NCBI GenBank assembly: GCA_013239625.1 | Contig: MU056050.1 | Coordinates: 1,350,084-1,414,083, forward strand | Source of the DNA: Lama guanicoe | Lineage: Eukaryota | DNA length: 64,000 bases | Direction of reading: 5' to 3' | Part shown: piece after piece, positions 1 to 12,499 of the stretch | How positions within the stretch are numbered: position 1 is the first letter of the stretch | How the letters are laid out: each line of letters starts with the position of its first letter | Made by a program: the position numbers and the translations under genes | The notes under the pieces: generated by a model | What the model saw: only the letters and a program-made list of their open reading frames with translations | Database searches by the model: none | Told to the model about the DNA's origin: nothing

Positions 1-1380
1 ATTTGTCTTACTGATGATTTTGGAACTTTTAAAAATTTCCTTTGACTGATTTTGACATTGTCTTTGATTTTCAGAAGTTTTACCTTGATGTACTTTGTGT
101 GGATACACACACACACACACACACACACTGCTTGGGGTTCATAGATATTTTCTTACCTACAACTTGATGGTATTCATCACTTTTGGAAAACTATTGGTGG
201 ATACTATTCCAAATATTCTTCTGATCCATTTTCTCTCTTTTCTTCTTCGATTCTGTTTACACATATAATAGGCCTTTTGTATTTTTATTTTCTTCTCTGT
301 GCTTCATTCTGTACATTTTCTACTGACCTACCTTCACGTTCACTCTTTATCTATTGCACACTGTATAATTTGCTGTTCAACGTAACTACCAAATTCTTAA
401 TTTGGGTTATTTAAACTTTTAAATTGTTAATTCATTTTAATTTTTATTTCTAAGTTTCCATTTGATTATTTTTATTATTTATTTCTCTGTGAAATTTCCC
501 ATCTTTCTGTCTACATTGTGGAAGACACTCATCATAGTTATTTGTAAGTTTATGTCTGATAACTTCAGTATCTGGATTACCAGTGGGTCTGTTTCTATTG
601 ACTGCCTTTTCTCTTGGACTTAAGTCAGTTGGTCCTGTTTCATGCCATGCCTGTTAATTTTAACTGAATAGTAGACATTGTTCAAGAAAAAGTTAGAGGC
701 TCTGGATCTCATTATTTTATACTTTTCTTCTTATAGGAAGATAGAGTATGGTCAAATTGCCTTGATCCTGTTGAGGCTAGTCTACTTAGATTTTGTCCTT
801 CCTCTGGGATACATCCCTCTCAGAGTCTTAGAGAAAGCCTTGATCATTTACCAGGGTGCTTTGTCCTTTGCAGGTCCTAACGCTCTATTTTTTTGACTCC
901 TTAATGCCATAACAGTGTGTAATCTCTGCTTAGCCTTTTCACCTCCTGCAGATACTTTTTGTTTGGTTTCTCAGAATAACCCTCCTTACGAGTAAAGTTT
1001 GGAACGTACAAGACTCCTTCAAGGGAAATTTGTATGTAGAATGTTAGATTTACTTTGCTGTGGTTCTCTTTTCTCTGAAATATTGGCCCTTAATTTATAG
1101 CTTTTTTTTTGGTAGTCCTAAATGCTAACATTTGTTTTCTAGGCCCAGTGAAACTGCTGCAAGCTCAAGAAATCTGCTTTTTGTTAGCATTCATGCTCCT
1201 TGTAAGAATTGGAAAATGTCTTAAAAGGAAGAAGAGCCACAGTTTTAGGGTTTACTTCAGTGTGCCTTCATCCTCTCTTGACCTTGATACATCGAGTCTT
1301 GGGGCCACTCGGATGTCTTTAAACAACTCTTTTTGTGTTTTTTATATATACTCCAATTTGTCTTCATTCTCCCTGTGAGC
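1..1380 (-). mobile_element. Ancient L1M/HAL1-type 5'/ORF1 region, degenerate
   Basis: T-rich sequence with motifs typical of the antisense strand of old L1 ORF1 (ttcagaagttttaccttgatgtac, ttttggaaaactatt, tctgataacttcagtatctggatt). No intact ORF. Confidence 0.6.
105..128. repeat. (AC)12 microsatellite
   Basis: Read directly from the sequence. Confidence 0.95.
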
Positions 1381-1499
1381 TTGACTGAAGTCTTGGGTGT
1401 GCTTTTATGCCTTCAAACCACTTTTTATTCTTAATATAACATTATGACTTTTCTTGGTGGAAGGGGTTGTTAGATACCTGCTACTCAATCTTCTTCAGA

Positions 1500-2410
1500 A
1501 GTACCTTTTGATACCTTCATTTTGAAGTCTCTTACTATTTATAGAAGTATAGGTTAACAACTATTTTCTTTTAGAACTTTGAAAATATAATTACACAATT
1601 TCAGTTAAGTTATCTACATTTGTACTTTTTGCTCCCTTGAAGCTAATATATTTTTTTCTGGCTGGATTTAATAGTTTCCCTTTCCTTTGGTTATTAGAAG
1701 TTCTCTAATGATATGTAGGTGTTGTCTTATTTGTATTCACATTCCCGGCATTTATAGAAGTTCTTTAATCTGTGGCTTAATTTCTTTTATCAGTTTGTAA
1801 TGTTTTCAGACAATACCTCTTCAATATTATTTCTGCTCAACATATGAATCTCCTGTTTGTCTATTTTTAGTGTGTAGTTTTTCTTTAATTTCTCAAATCC
1901 ATTACTTGTGCAAAGTTGGTTATATTTTATTCAAAGCCAAAGAATTATGTATAAAACTGTACATAATTTTGAGGTTCTGTATGATGTTTTCTTCCTCTAG
2001 AGATGATTTAATTTTCATTCTTGTAAATAGCTGGGTGAAGGCAGTAGCAATCCCAGATTTCCTTAATCCATGAAGGTTTGAGTGTCCTTGTAAGGGTTTG
2101 TCTATTTTAGTAGTGTAGTAATGGAGTGTAGGTCTTCAAATTCCCAACTGAAAACCTTAGATATTTAACAAGAATTCTCTTCTTTTATGACTTTTGAACT
2201 ATAATTAGTAGTTTTGATAGTATATAATAATTATAAATATATATCCAAACACATAATATGTAGAATATATACTATTTGTGTGTAATTTATATTACATTAT
2301 ATTATTTTATATAAAAATATTATTTTTATGTTTTATCCAGTTATTCTTGGTGTCTTCAGTAGATGGACTGCTCTGAAAGTAACTAGACTGCCATTGTCAG
2401 AAACATAAGT
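1500..2410 (-). mobile_element. Second ancient L1M/HAL1 ORF1-region fragment
   Basis: 1690-1840 resembles 66-240 (agaagtt...atgatatgtag...tatagaagttctttaatctgtggc...tcttcaatattatttctgctc). Confidence 0.55.
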
Positions 2411-3169
2411 CTACCAAAGACTAATGAAGTAAAGCCGGATAGAGGTTGCATAACTACGAATAAGCCTGGAATTCAAGAAACTTTCAGGGTGAGTAAAAAA
2501 AGAAATTTCACAAAGACCTACTTATATTACAGAGTTATTTAAAGTAGTCAAATGTTTACAAATAAGGTATTTCATTATACAAAGGTGTTTATATTTTGAA
2601 AATATCGCTTAATGAATGGTACATACTTTTTAAAAACACAATCTTTAAAATGTTTCCATTTGGCTCTTTTAATATAATTACATTTTAATTTTTTTGGTGC
2701 ATGTGTGAGTGAGAAACTATGCTTGTCCATCAGTGAATTCTGGAGCACTTCTCATACGCGGTGTGTGGTGCTAACAGTACTTGTAAGCTGACTGTTCCTG
2801 TAGGACTTCCTACTATTTAGGGCATGAGCCCAGAGGCCAGGAGCCACTACATACCTACCTACTGGCCAACAATTAAAATAAGTTGCTAAGTACTAGGAGG
2901 GAATAAAGGGATTTACAGGTTCTAATATTATCAAATCTAATCATAAAAGTAATAGTAAGTGGCATAGCTGATCAAAGATTAGGATATTATTCGATTTTCA
3001 TGTAGTAGTTCAAAGCAAGCCGGTTCACCTGAGGATTTGACTAATTACTGTAGCCTCATTAGACCAGAGATATACCACCTAGACCTTTCGGATATGCTAT
3101 TTATAACTGCATTATGAAAATTCAAAGCAGAAAATTTAATGTCGAGCAGGAAATCCCCCGTCATAATTT

Positions 3170-3720
3170 CTTTATTCAACGTGTATGTGTTAAGTACCCA
3201 TTATAACCCAGGTTTTTATGTGAAGTGCTATGGCTATAAACATATGACTCTGTTTTCATGTGATTTGAATATAACAAAAACACAAATCATAGGAATAGAT
3301 GAGATTTTCATGGAATCCAGACAGAGTAGAAAAGAAAGTGAAGCCAGAAATCGTTTATCTGGTAGAAAACATGGGAGTGAACAAATAGTAACTATGAATG
3401 AGACTGGAGGAAGTTGGGTAGGCAGGAATGATGGTAGGAAAGCTGGAATAAAAGGAAGTTTCGGTTTATATGTGGTTTTGGAGTTTTAGTTTTTAAGAGG
3501 TGGAACAGTTCCTGCTAATCATTTGGTATCCAATAAATGATCATGGGAATGGGTGTCCCATGTGGCTTGACTGTGATGGAGCCAAGAAAGCCTGAGGCCA
3601 GGATTTTGGATGCAACAACAGTGCAAATATTGAGGTTCTACAGTCCTAAGTTGAAATGTGTGGTAGTGGCTGTGATACAGGTAGGAAAGGACAGATGAGG
3701 ATGATCGAGCAGGCAGCAAG
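3170..3720 (-). mobile_element. L2 LINE relic
   Basis: Reverse L2 3' end (tttattcaac...ttaagtacccattataacccagg) followed by purine-rich L2 body. Confidence 0.5.
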
Positions 3721-3931
3721 ACACGGAGGGGGAAGAGGGCTTACAGAAGGATGAATGAGTAATTGTGTGGAAGTGGTACTGTTAGCAGTGGACTTTCAGA
3801 AGATAGCAATTCCTTTCTGTCATACCATACTCTCACCACAGAGTATCCATTTTAAGACCACTTCCAAAAGAGCACAAGAATCCGCAGACCATTATTTTCA
3901 TCTCAGGTCTGCCATCTACTACTGTGATCAT

Positions 3932-4065
3932 TGAGGTGACCACATAACTTACAATCAAAACTGAGGAAATTTGGAGAGTGAAATAGGATGCTGTTAAAAA
4001 TTATATGAAAACAACAGTTGCAAACTGGGACTGAGCAGGGCAAAAAGATACACATCATTACCCTA
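3932..4065. mobile_element. MER94-like hAT-Blackjack MITE nested in a MIR
   Basis: Degenerate TIRs (g)aggtgaccac...cattacccta and internal ttggagagtgaaatagg. The flanks join into the MIR core (ctgtgatcatt|gggcaattcac...cttgtaaaatg). Confidence 0.7.
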
Positions 4066-5164
4066 TGGGCAATTCACGTTGCTTCACTTGTAAAATGTAA
4101 ACGATATCCACTCTAAGACACCTGTGTGAAAGTATCGAACCCCATTAGTGAGAGCTCAATTAACATTTGTCAAATTGCAATATTTTCGTCCTGTCTTGTC
4201 CCAGGGACTGTAAGCTCACTGAAGTTAGAGGATGCAGCTATATTTGTAGCCCCTCAATAATTAGTACAGAGCTATGTATTCAGTGAGAATCCAGCAAGTG
4301 CAACTTTTGTTCTGTTTTTATAATTTTGTTTGAAGCCTACTACAATCTACGCTCATGCCTTGATTATTTTGAAGACAAAATTCATCCTTAATACAGATAA
4401 GAAAATAGGGGTGGGAAAGTTTTGCAAATTAGTGAATTCAAATAGACTGTTATGAAAGCGAGGTTTTGAAAATGAAATTCAGGTTTGTTTTAGTGCCTCA
4501 GGATCTGGAGTTGAGCCAGTTCTTTTTCATTCAATCTCGTGAAGGGCTGTTCTGTCCTGTGGGCACTAAAACTGGTTGGTTCCAAACAGATGGAAGTACT
4601 TTGGGCATGATTCTGACTTCCATGTTGCCAGTTCCTGGTGCTACTTAACCCAAATTCAACGAGTCAAGGACAGCCTTAAAGTTTCTCTCTTAGATGATAC
4701 GGAAATTTGGTGCAGGCAAACTTAGGGTTAATACTTGCCACTAATCTTGTCTGGATTCTTGGCATTTCAGTCACCCTGGTGACTTAAACACTCTTCTTGA
4801 GACACAGAGGAGTAGGCATATTTTTTGTCATCTCTTTGGTAAACATGTAAGAATTAATTTAATGCTTGAATTACCTTACCACCCTCGGTGACTGTTTCTC
4901 ATTCTCTTCTAAAATAGTCTTTCCTCATCCATAGCTGATCTCTTATCTGAGGCTGCCTGCTTTAAAGTGACTTGACAGCTTACATCACTTGTTACACTAA
5001 CCTCAGATTAATTTTGGTTTCTCTCCTGCCCTAAGGTTCTCCTTATTTTGCTCTTTCAAAATTTTTCTATTACTTTTTTGATAGTGAATGTGAAGTTTTC
5101 AAACTTACATTGGTTGTCTTACTTAAATCAAAATATTCTGTGATCATAATAGAACCACACAGGT

Positions 5165-5740
5165 CATAAAGAGAATTGGAAGGGACCCTTAAGACTATAT
5201 AATCCAAACCCCTTCCCCTCCTTCAAAGATTTGAATCGTCCCTGCAGCATTCCTAATATATCTTTACACCAAATGCTCCCCATTACTTGAGGATTTTCAT
5301 CAAAGTCTACTTCTTGATCTATCCCATTCCATGTTTAGGCTGTGAATAGTTTTTTTCTTATATTGAACCAAAATCTGTAACTTTGCCTATTGATCCTTGC
5401 AACCTCTTGGGGCTATGCAGAGGAAAATGACAGCAGTCTTTAAGTATACACAGAAGAACTTAACAGGCCTTCTCCCAGGTAAATGTACTGAAATCCTTTA
5501 GCATTTCTATCTATAGCATGGATTCAAGCTCTCCTTAGGGTGACCAACTTATCTTGGTTTTCCTAGTTTTAGCACTGAAAGTCCTGCATCTTGGGAACTT
5601 CCTCAATCCCCAGTGAACTGGGACAGTAAGTCTTTTAGGTTGAATTATCCTGCTCTCTCTGACCATGCTCTAGTGTAGGGCTGCTCTTTTCAAACGCAAT
5701 GCCCAGAATTAGACACAATACGACTCACCATGGAACAGAA
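5165..5740 (-). mobile_element. L3/CR1 LINE relic, interrupted by MER81
   Basis: ttggaagggaccctta, tattgaaccaaaatctg, ccttctcccaggtaaa and aatgcccagaattagacacaatac match the reverse CR1/L3 3' region. Confidence 0.6.
5536..5637. mobile_element. MER81-like hAT-Blackjack MITE
   Basis: tagggtgaccaact...ttttagcactgaaagtcctgcatcttgggaac...ctgggacag. Confidence 0.75.
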
Positions 5741-6414
5741 TTCAGTATTATCAAGACACTTGTCCAACGGATTGCCAAAGGACCTTGATATTTTTTAGTC
5801 TAAATCCAACAATTGATGTGTAAATTAGCTCTTCTTAGTATACCGAAGTATAAAACGGCTAAATCTGTCTAAGCAGCGGAATGTACATTTGTTCAAGCCA
5901 TTTTTACTAAGCCTCCTATGTCTCTACTATCTTCACACTTTATTTTCTCATAATACTAGGAAAAATAAACCCAAGAGTTTCAACAAGACACTCACTATTT
6001 TTAGTTAAATATTTGGTGCTACTAGTAGAGTTACTTTGACTGAACTTCCTAATTTATGTCTTCAGCATCAAGGTTAGCCTTGTCTTTAATAACTTCTTTC
6101 AGGGAATTATATGTATGCATATTTAGGGAAAATCCTAGATTTCCATGGAGACCAACATAAATGGGAACTACTAGAAAAGAAAAATCGGGTCTTATGCCAG
6201 ATTCTCATTAAGCCTGTACCACTTTGAATTGGGCTTTGACCAGGTGGAACCTTTATAGACTATTTACTTGGTCACCATGAAACTGAAAGAAATATCTAGA
6301 TGCAAATGTAATATCATTGAAAGGTGAAAAGTACTGGATTATATGCTAATGTCCAGCTCACTGTCAGGTTAGATTTATTTGTGATGTATTGAATTTGAAA
6401 TTAAAAAGCATCTA

Positions 6415-6980
6415 TCATCTGTACTCCCATGTTCATAGCAGCATTATTCACAAGTAGCCAAGGTATGGAAATAACCTAAGTGTCAACTGACAGATGAATG
6501 GATAAGGAAAATGTGAACCTGGAGAGCATTGTGTTAAGTCAAATAAGCCAAACAGATAAAGACAGGGTACTACTTGTATGTGGAATCTGAAAAAAGGAAA
6601 AAAAAGTCAAACTTATAGGGGAAAAAAAAAAAAGAGTAGAGAAGTGGTTGCCAGGGACTGGGAGTGGGGAAAATAGGGAGAGATTGGTATAAAGGTATAA
6701 ACTTTGAGTTATAAGATGAATAAGAGCTGAAGATCTAATGTATAACATGGTGATTATAGTTGATAATTCTTCACATAATTTAAATTTGCTAAGAGAGTAA
6801 AACTCAAATGTTCTCAGCACACACAAAAAAAGGTAAATATATGAAGTGATGGATGTGTTAACTAACTTGATGGGGGGAGTCCTTTCACAATGTCTACATA
6901 TATCAAATCATTGTGCTGTACACTTTAAATATTTTACAATTTGATGTGTTAATTATATTTCAGTAAAGCTGGAAAAGAAC
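6415..6980 (+). mobile_element. L1 3' end (L1MA9/10-like), 5'-truncated
   Basis: ORF2 C-terminal motif cccatgttcatagcagcattattcaca, then 3' UTR ending tcagtaaagctggaaaa. Small internal deletion near 6515. Confidence 0.85.
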
Positions 6981-7011
6981 TTAAGAACTATCTATTTACA
7001 GAAGTCTAAAG

Positions 7012-7400
7012 CACAGGTCAGAAACTGGCGACCTATGCCTCAGATCTAGCTTGCATTTGTAGACTTTTGTTGTTGTTGTTTTTGCAAAACCATATATTAA
7101 TGGTCTTTTCAGCGTCTTATTTGTTTTACTTTTTATTGAATTGGTCACTAATAATTAAAAAGTGAGAGATTTCACATAAAAATATAGATTTCTGGGTTCT
7201 TTTGAAAAATTGTAGCTTCTGGCAACATTTTGCCCATGTTTATGACAATAATCTGCTGGAACTGAAGAGTAGCTGCTGCTTTTATGTGGGGTTTGTAAGT
7301 CACCACAATCCCTGCCACAGCCCATTGTTTCCTGCCCCAACTGACTTCACTCATTATGCTACCTTCCAGACCCTTGTAGGCATTGGATATTGAAAATCCT
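7012..7400 (+). mobile_element. MER102-like hAT-Charlie element
   Basis: caggtcagaaactggcgacc...cacataaaaatatagatttctgg...ctggcaacatt...ctggaactgaagagtagctgc. Confidence 0.75.
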
Positions 7401-7571
7401 CATCTCTTTGAACTATTACTCTGTTTTCCATATCTTTCATTTACAAAAAATGTGTTTTCTTAGCCATTCTTAGCAAAAAAACAAGTCATAGCAATTCCTT
7501 TTCCTGGAGATGTCTGTTATCTTACTGGGAAGAAAAATATGTTAACATGTTTGAGACAATTATATACCAAA

Positions 7572-8026
7572 TGTTTTAGATTGATTGAATTAATGGTCCC
7601 AATTTTTCTTGCCTCCCTGTGTCAACATCATTTGGTAGTGTCTTATACTGACTTAAGTTTGACCATGAAACTTGTTTTGTCCAATGAAACATTAGAAAAT
7701 TTGATGCAGTCAGTAGCTTGAAAAAAGTACCTGGTGTTTCCATTTTTCTTTTTTCTCTGCCTTCACCATGATAAAATTCCTAGGATAGCTTGCTGGATGG
7801 GGTGAGACACACAGCCAGCCCAGTAATGGCTATTACCCTGGTTTTAGCTAGCCAACCTCCAAACATGTGAGTCAGCTCAACTAAGACCAGAAGAATGGCC
7901 CAGATAAGTCCATTCTAAATCATTAACCCACAGACTTGTGAGCAAAATAAGTGCTTAGTGATTGAAATCCCTGAGTTGGAGTTGTTTTGGTATGTAGCAG
8001 TATTGTAACAGCAGATAATGAATACA
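7572..8026 (+). mobile_element. MLT1 (G/H-like) MaLR 5' LTR
   Basis: TG...CA ends, ttgaccatgaaacttgttttgtccaatg, 3' end gcagtattgtaacagcagataatgaataca. Homologous to 9391-9832. Confidence 0.8.
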
Positions 8027-9390
8027 GAAATCTGTTCTTAGAAGAAAAGTATTATAATACAGTATTGTGATAAAAATCTAAAATACGTGTCAATGGCTTT
8101 GGGAAAGGTAGTGGGTAGAGACTAGAAGAACAGTGTTGAAAGAGTGGAGGCTGGAAAAATGGTGAGGAAGCTGCTGTAGCAGCCTGGATAAATGGCAAAC
8201 CATGTTACCTAGTGATGAAACACTTGGTAAAGTGTGGTAACCTAGAATATAGAAAATATACCAAATTAGCTCTTATACTTGAGTTAAGATATTGCCAGAT
8301 AGAATGTTGAAAATGTCACCTGGCTCTTACTAGCTGTGCATGATAAGGTACAACAATAAAGAGATGAGTTAGAGAAGGAACTGGGCAGTTTTTAAGTAAA
8401 ATTTAGAGAATACCAGAGCTCACTAGATTAGAAAAAAATATTATTTTCTCATCTCTAGCCTCTTGTGCTAGTAAAAAATTAAATCCAGGGAGCTGCCAGA
8501 AACGTATGGTCTTTGTACTAAAGACCAAAACAGTTGTGTAAGATTCTGCTAATATTTTTGATAGAATTAAAGAGTTTCTAAATAGACCCCCTCAACTAGA
8601 CAAAAGTATTTCTAGAAATCTTAAGTACATTGTTTTGCAGCAGCCTGACATGTCAAAAGAAACACTAATAAAATCTAGAGAAAGAGAAGCCTATCTGTAA
8701 AAGAATGATGGCTGTGGCTTTTGCCAATGGGGTGGACTTGAACTATATTTATAATGAAGCCCAAAAGTTTTAAGGGAGTTGTGTGGGCAAAAGTGCTACC
8801 AGCCTGGATTAAAAGAGAATGAGATTGTATAAAACTCAGAGAAGCACTGGGCCTTCAATATTCTATGACCAGGAAGCAGGCTAAAATGTTGCTCAGAAAT
8901 CAGATTTATAAATTTCCTCTTCAGAAGTGACCAAGCAGAATGGAAATAGAATATTATTTCAGAGAATAAAGTTAAGAGCCATAGGGATCAATGCACAAGT
9001 GAGCCACTCTCAGGAAACGTAGTGGGATATAGTTAAGAAACAGTCCCCACCCCAACTTCATAGGATTCTGACCTCATTTCTCCAGTGGAAATTGCCAAAT
9101 AGGTATAGCAGGGTTAGATATTTTCCATTTTTTTCCCATTTCTGAGAGTATTTCTGTATCCAGTCCCTCTGTCATCACCAAGTTTTGGGCATGTGGGAGG
9201 CCAGTACATTATCATTTTATTTTATTGATCTTTGGATCCTCATCTGAAGAGCCATATCAGCACCTAGATCACGAGATACTGGATTCTGGGCCTGATGATG
9301 TAACTGAATGAAACTTTTGAGATCCTACATTGGAGGAAAGCATATTTTGCATGTAGGAAGGATGCAAATAAATATTACAAGAGTGGAATA
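8027..9390 (+). mobile_element. MLT1 internal region
   Basis: Lies between two homologous LTRs. Starts gaaatctgttcttagaag, contains aaatacgtgtcaatggctttggg, ends tattttgcatgtaggaaggatg. No long ORF. Confidence 0.75.
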
Positions 9391-9832
9391 TGCTATATGG
9401 ATTGCACTAACGGCCATCTATAATGAGTCTCCCCATATCATTGATCTTTGTAGACTCTGGGCTTGGCCTTGTGACATTTTTTGGCCAGTTGGAAAGTAGG
9501 AACTTAATGCAAGCAAAGACTTTAAAAAGTGCTTGCCTATTTCTGCTTCCTTTCTTGCTGCTCTCCCTTCAATATGATGACTTGCATAGTTTAGACTGCT
9601 GCATGATGAAAGACATGTGGCCCTGACACTCCTCCTATCAGTCAACTATCAATCACCAACCACCAGATTTGTGAATGAGCCCACCTAAGACCAGAAGAGC
9701 CATCCATCTGAGTATAGTTTAAATCCCAAACCCATGGATTCCTGACCTAAATAAAGGCTTACTATTTTAAAGCCCCTGAGTTTAGGTCTGGCTTGTTACA
9801 CAGCATTATTGTGGCAGTAAATAACAGAAACA
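9391..9832 (+). mobile_element. MLT1 (G/H-like) MaLR 3' LTR
   Basis: gggcttggccttgtgac, ctaagaccagaaga (shared with the 5' LTR), aataaa, end cagcattattgtggcagtaaataacagaaaca. Confidence 0.8.
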
Positions 9833-10254
9833 AGTTAGTGTATAATCAAGGGAGGGACACAGGGAGAAATCTGTATCCTTTGGAAATTGATGTCCATAGA
9901 TAATGAAGAAGCCTCCTTTTTCTGAGATACTGTATCTGATATGGGTGCATTTCAGTGATCTAGCTACTGGAAAATAAAGCAAAGCATGGCTTGGCTTTTA
10001 TTAAAATAATTGTTTGATTGGGTTCATTTGGTGAAAATTAAATTCGGCATACCTTAACTCTGACCAAATGCAGGATTTCATAATTCTACCTTTCCTTTAA
10101 TAATTCTGAAAAGTTTTTAAGTCTTTTTCCTATTTAATTTTAATTTAAAATTATTTATGACATTATACTTCAGAAGAGGAGATGGTTGGGGAAGAGGACA
10201 TCAGCATCAAGATGCCTGCAATTGCCAAAACACCAACGTGGGCATGAAGACTCC

Positions 10255-10420
10255 TTGGAGTATACGAACTCAGATTCTAGCTCTATAACCACTCTTATGA
10301 GCTTCAGTTTTTGCATATGTTAAATGGAAATGATGCTATACAACTTGAAGGGCTGTCCAGAAAATAAGAAGTAATATATGTAAAGTACTTGACATATAGC
10401 AGGTACAAATCAATTATTAA
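10255..10420 (+). mobile_element. MIR SINE
   Basis: gagcttcagtttttgcatatgttaaatggaaatg...tatatgtaaagtacttgacatatagcagg. Confidence 0.65.
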
Positions 10421-10619
10421 TACCTTCTCAGAATTCTGTAACTTTGCACCATTTTCTCTTGAAACCCCAAAAGCAAAAGATGTCTGTAGATAAAATATAG
10501 CAGATACAAAATGTCAGGAGAAACCACTTTTTCACCATATAAATGCAGAGCTCAGCTTACTTATTTCGAGGGTCCATCACATTTATACCTGTTTCAGGGG
10601 AAGGGGCTCAAATGGATTA

Positions 10620-10785
10620 GGATGGTAGAAGGAACAGACACCTGGGTTTGAATTCCATCTTGGTCATCTTATTAACTGGGTAACCATGAGCACATTACCT
10701 AACCTGTCTGAGCCTCAGTTTCTATATTTATGTAGAAGAGAAATGCTGTGAATATTGAGATAATCCGTGTAAAGCATTAGCAAAA
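10620..10785 (+). mobile_element. MIR SINE
   Basis: cctgggtttgaattcc...cctaacctgtctgagcctcagtttc...gtgtaaagcattag. Confidence 0.85.
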
Positions 10786-11999
10786 GGTAGGAGGCAATGC
10801 ACGGCAGCAAATATGGATAGTAATGACACTTGGTCACCTTGTCATAATATCGTTACCTCAGTATTATGGTTTGAGTGGTGTTTTCAGCTTTGTTGTTGTC
10901 GTTGTATTAGCTATGACCCAGCCTGTGTTCTATGGCTTTTGAGAATTGGAACTCCTACTGGGAAATTTTCTGCTTTCAAAACTCTTTTCATCTTCTGAAT
11001 GCTAGTTCCTGTGAGTGTTTCCAAAGGCAAAATGGCATTTCAGGAGCAACGATAAGTATACTTCTAAAATAGAAAACACACCAGGCAGTTTCCTAGGACA
11101 GAACAATATCCTGGTGAGAGCAGCTGGGCTGGTTAGGGGAACAAACGGTCAAATGCAACTCCCGAGGAAGTTCTGTAAGGCTGAGGGCAATAGCGACCTC
11201 ATGAGCTTTGTTTCTTGATTTTTTTTAAAAAATAGTTTCCCATAGTACTTGGCCCTTCCTGAATGTGGAAACTTTGTGCTTAAAAGTAAAGACAGTTCCC
11301 TTCCAAGATTATTAGCAATACCTTATGATTATTTAGCAGTAGTGACTACTTCCATTGTTTGGGAAGGGTCTATAGAAGTTTTCAAAGAGAAATTCTCTCT
11401 CAAAATTAATTCTTCTGTTTTTGTTTTCCTTTGTGAACTCACTGTGATTTCTTTCCCTGTCAACTTTATATCCCCATGTTGCTCCGCAAAAAGATCTGCA
11501 TTAAAGATGATTATCGTCTATTAGCAGCCTATGCCAGTCGTTCAGGTTACCTGTCCAGAGCCTTTCTACTCATTGGTTGGGGCAAGTACCCAGAAATTGA
11601 GAAAAAGATTTCACTTTCAATTGGCTCTACCCTGGAACTGGGTGCACAACAAAGTTTTGAGACTAGGAAATGCTGAGTTGGGAACTTGGAACTGGTGCTC
11701 CCTATATGCATGCATGGGAGCCTTGCTTCAGGTTTATCTTCTCTCCCCAACTGTAACATAGGTCTCTAAAAGATAGGAAAAAAAGTATAAAACATGCATG
11801 AGTTCTCTTGTTCTGTAACCACCCCTCCCAACCTAGAGCCTGACACATATCAATATATACTTGTGAATTGATAGCTTGTAAAGACCCAAGACTATTTATT
11901 ATTAAAAAATTCATTTTCCTCTTACGGAAAAATGACCTATATTGTCCTCCAAAATCATAACATCTTCAGTTTGTCAGCACCATTATTATACAATAGCCA

Positions 12000-12190
12000 T
12001 AAGTAAATGTACCTATTATGTTCCAGGCACTATACGAGATACTTTATCTCATTTAATTCTCCAAACAGTTCACCAACTAGATATTATTATCGTCATTTTA
12101 TTAACATGGAAACTGAAACTCAGAGAAATCAAGAGACAAAAGAAAAGTTTTAACCTAGTTTTTTTTTCTGACTCCAGACCAATGGTTAGA
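12000..12190 (-). mobile_element. MIR SINE
   Basis: acctattatgttccaggcact...atctcatttaattct...ggaaactgaaactcagaga. Confidence 0.8.
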
Positions 12191-12499
12191 GCCTGAAATG
12201 ACATCTTGGTCAGCTATATGCTACTGCTCCCGTGAAACCTTCCAAGTCACTTGCAAAACTTCAGTTAGTGGGTGAATTTAAAAAATCTTTTGCTTATTAC
12301 CATCTTTCTTAGAATTGCTGCTGTGGAAGAAGTGACTCCTCAGTGCTAATAGGATTTTCCAGGATACGAGGAGTTGGAGAATATGATGAGCTTCTACCCA
12401 TCCAGTTCTACCCCAGGGCAACTGCGATGCTTGTCCCAAAGTAACTGTTAAGGGTGCACAACTCTAAAGTGTACAGTTCTGACTGTGAGTATTCAGATA

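Noticed and set aside
3139..3489. 116-aa ORF
   Set aside because: Overlaps an L2 relic and resembles no protein family I recognise.
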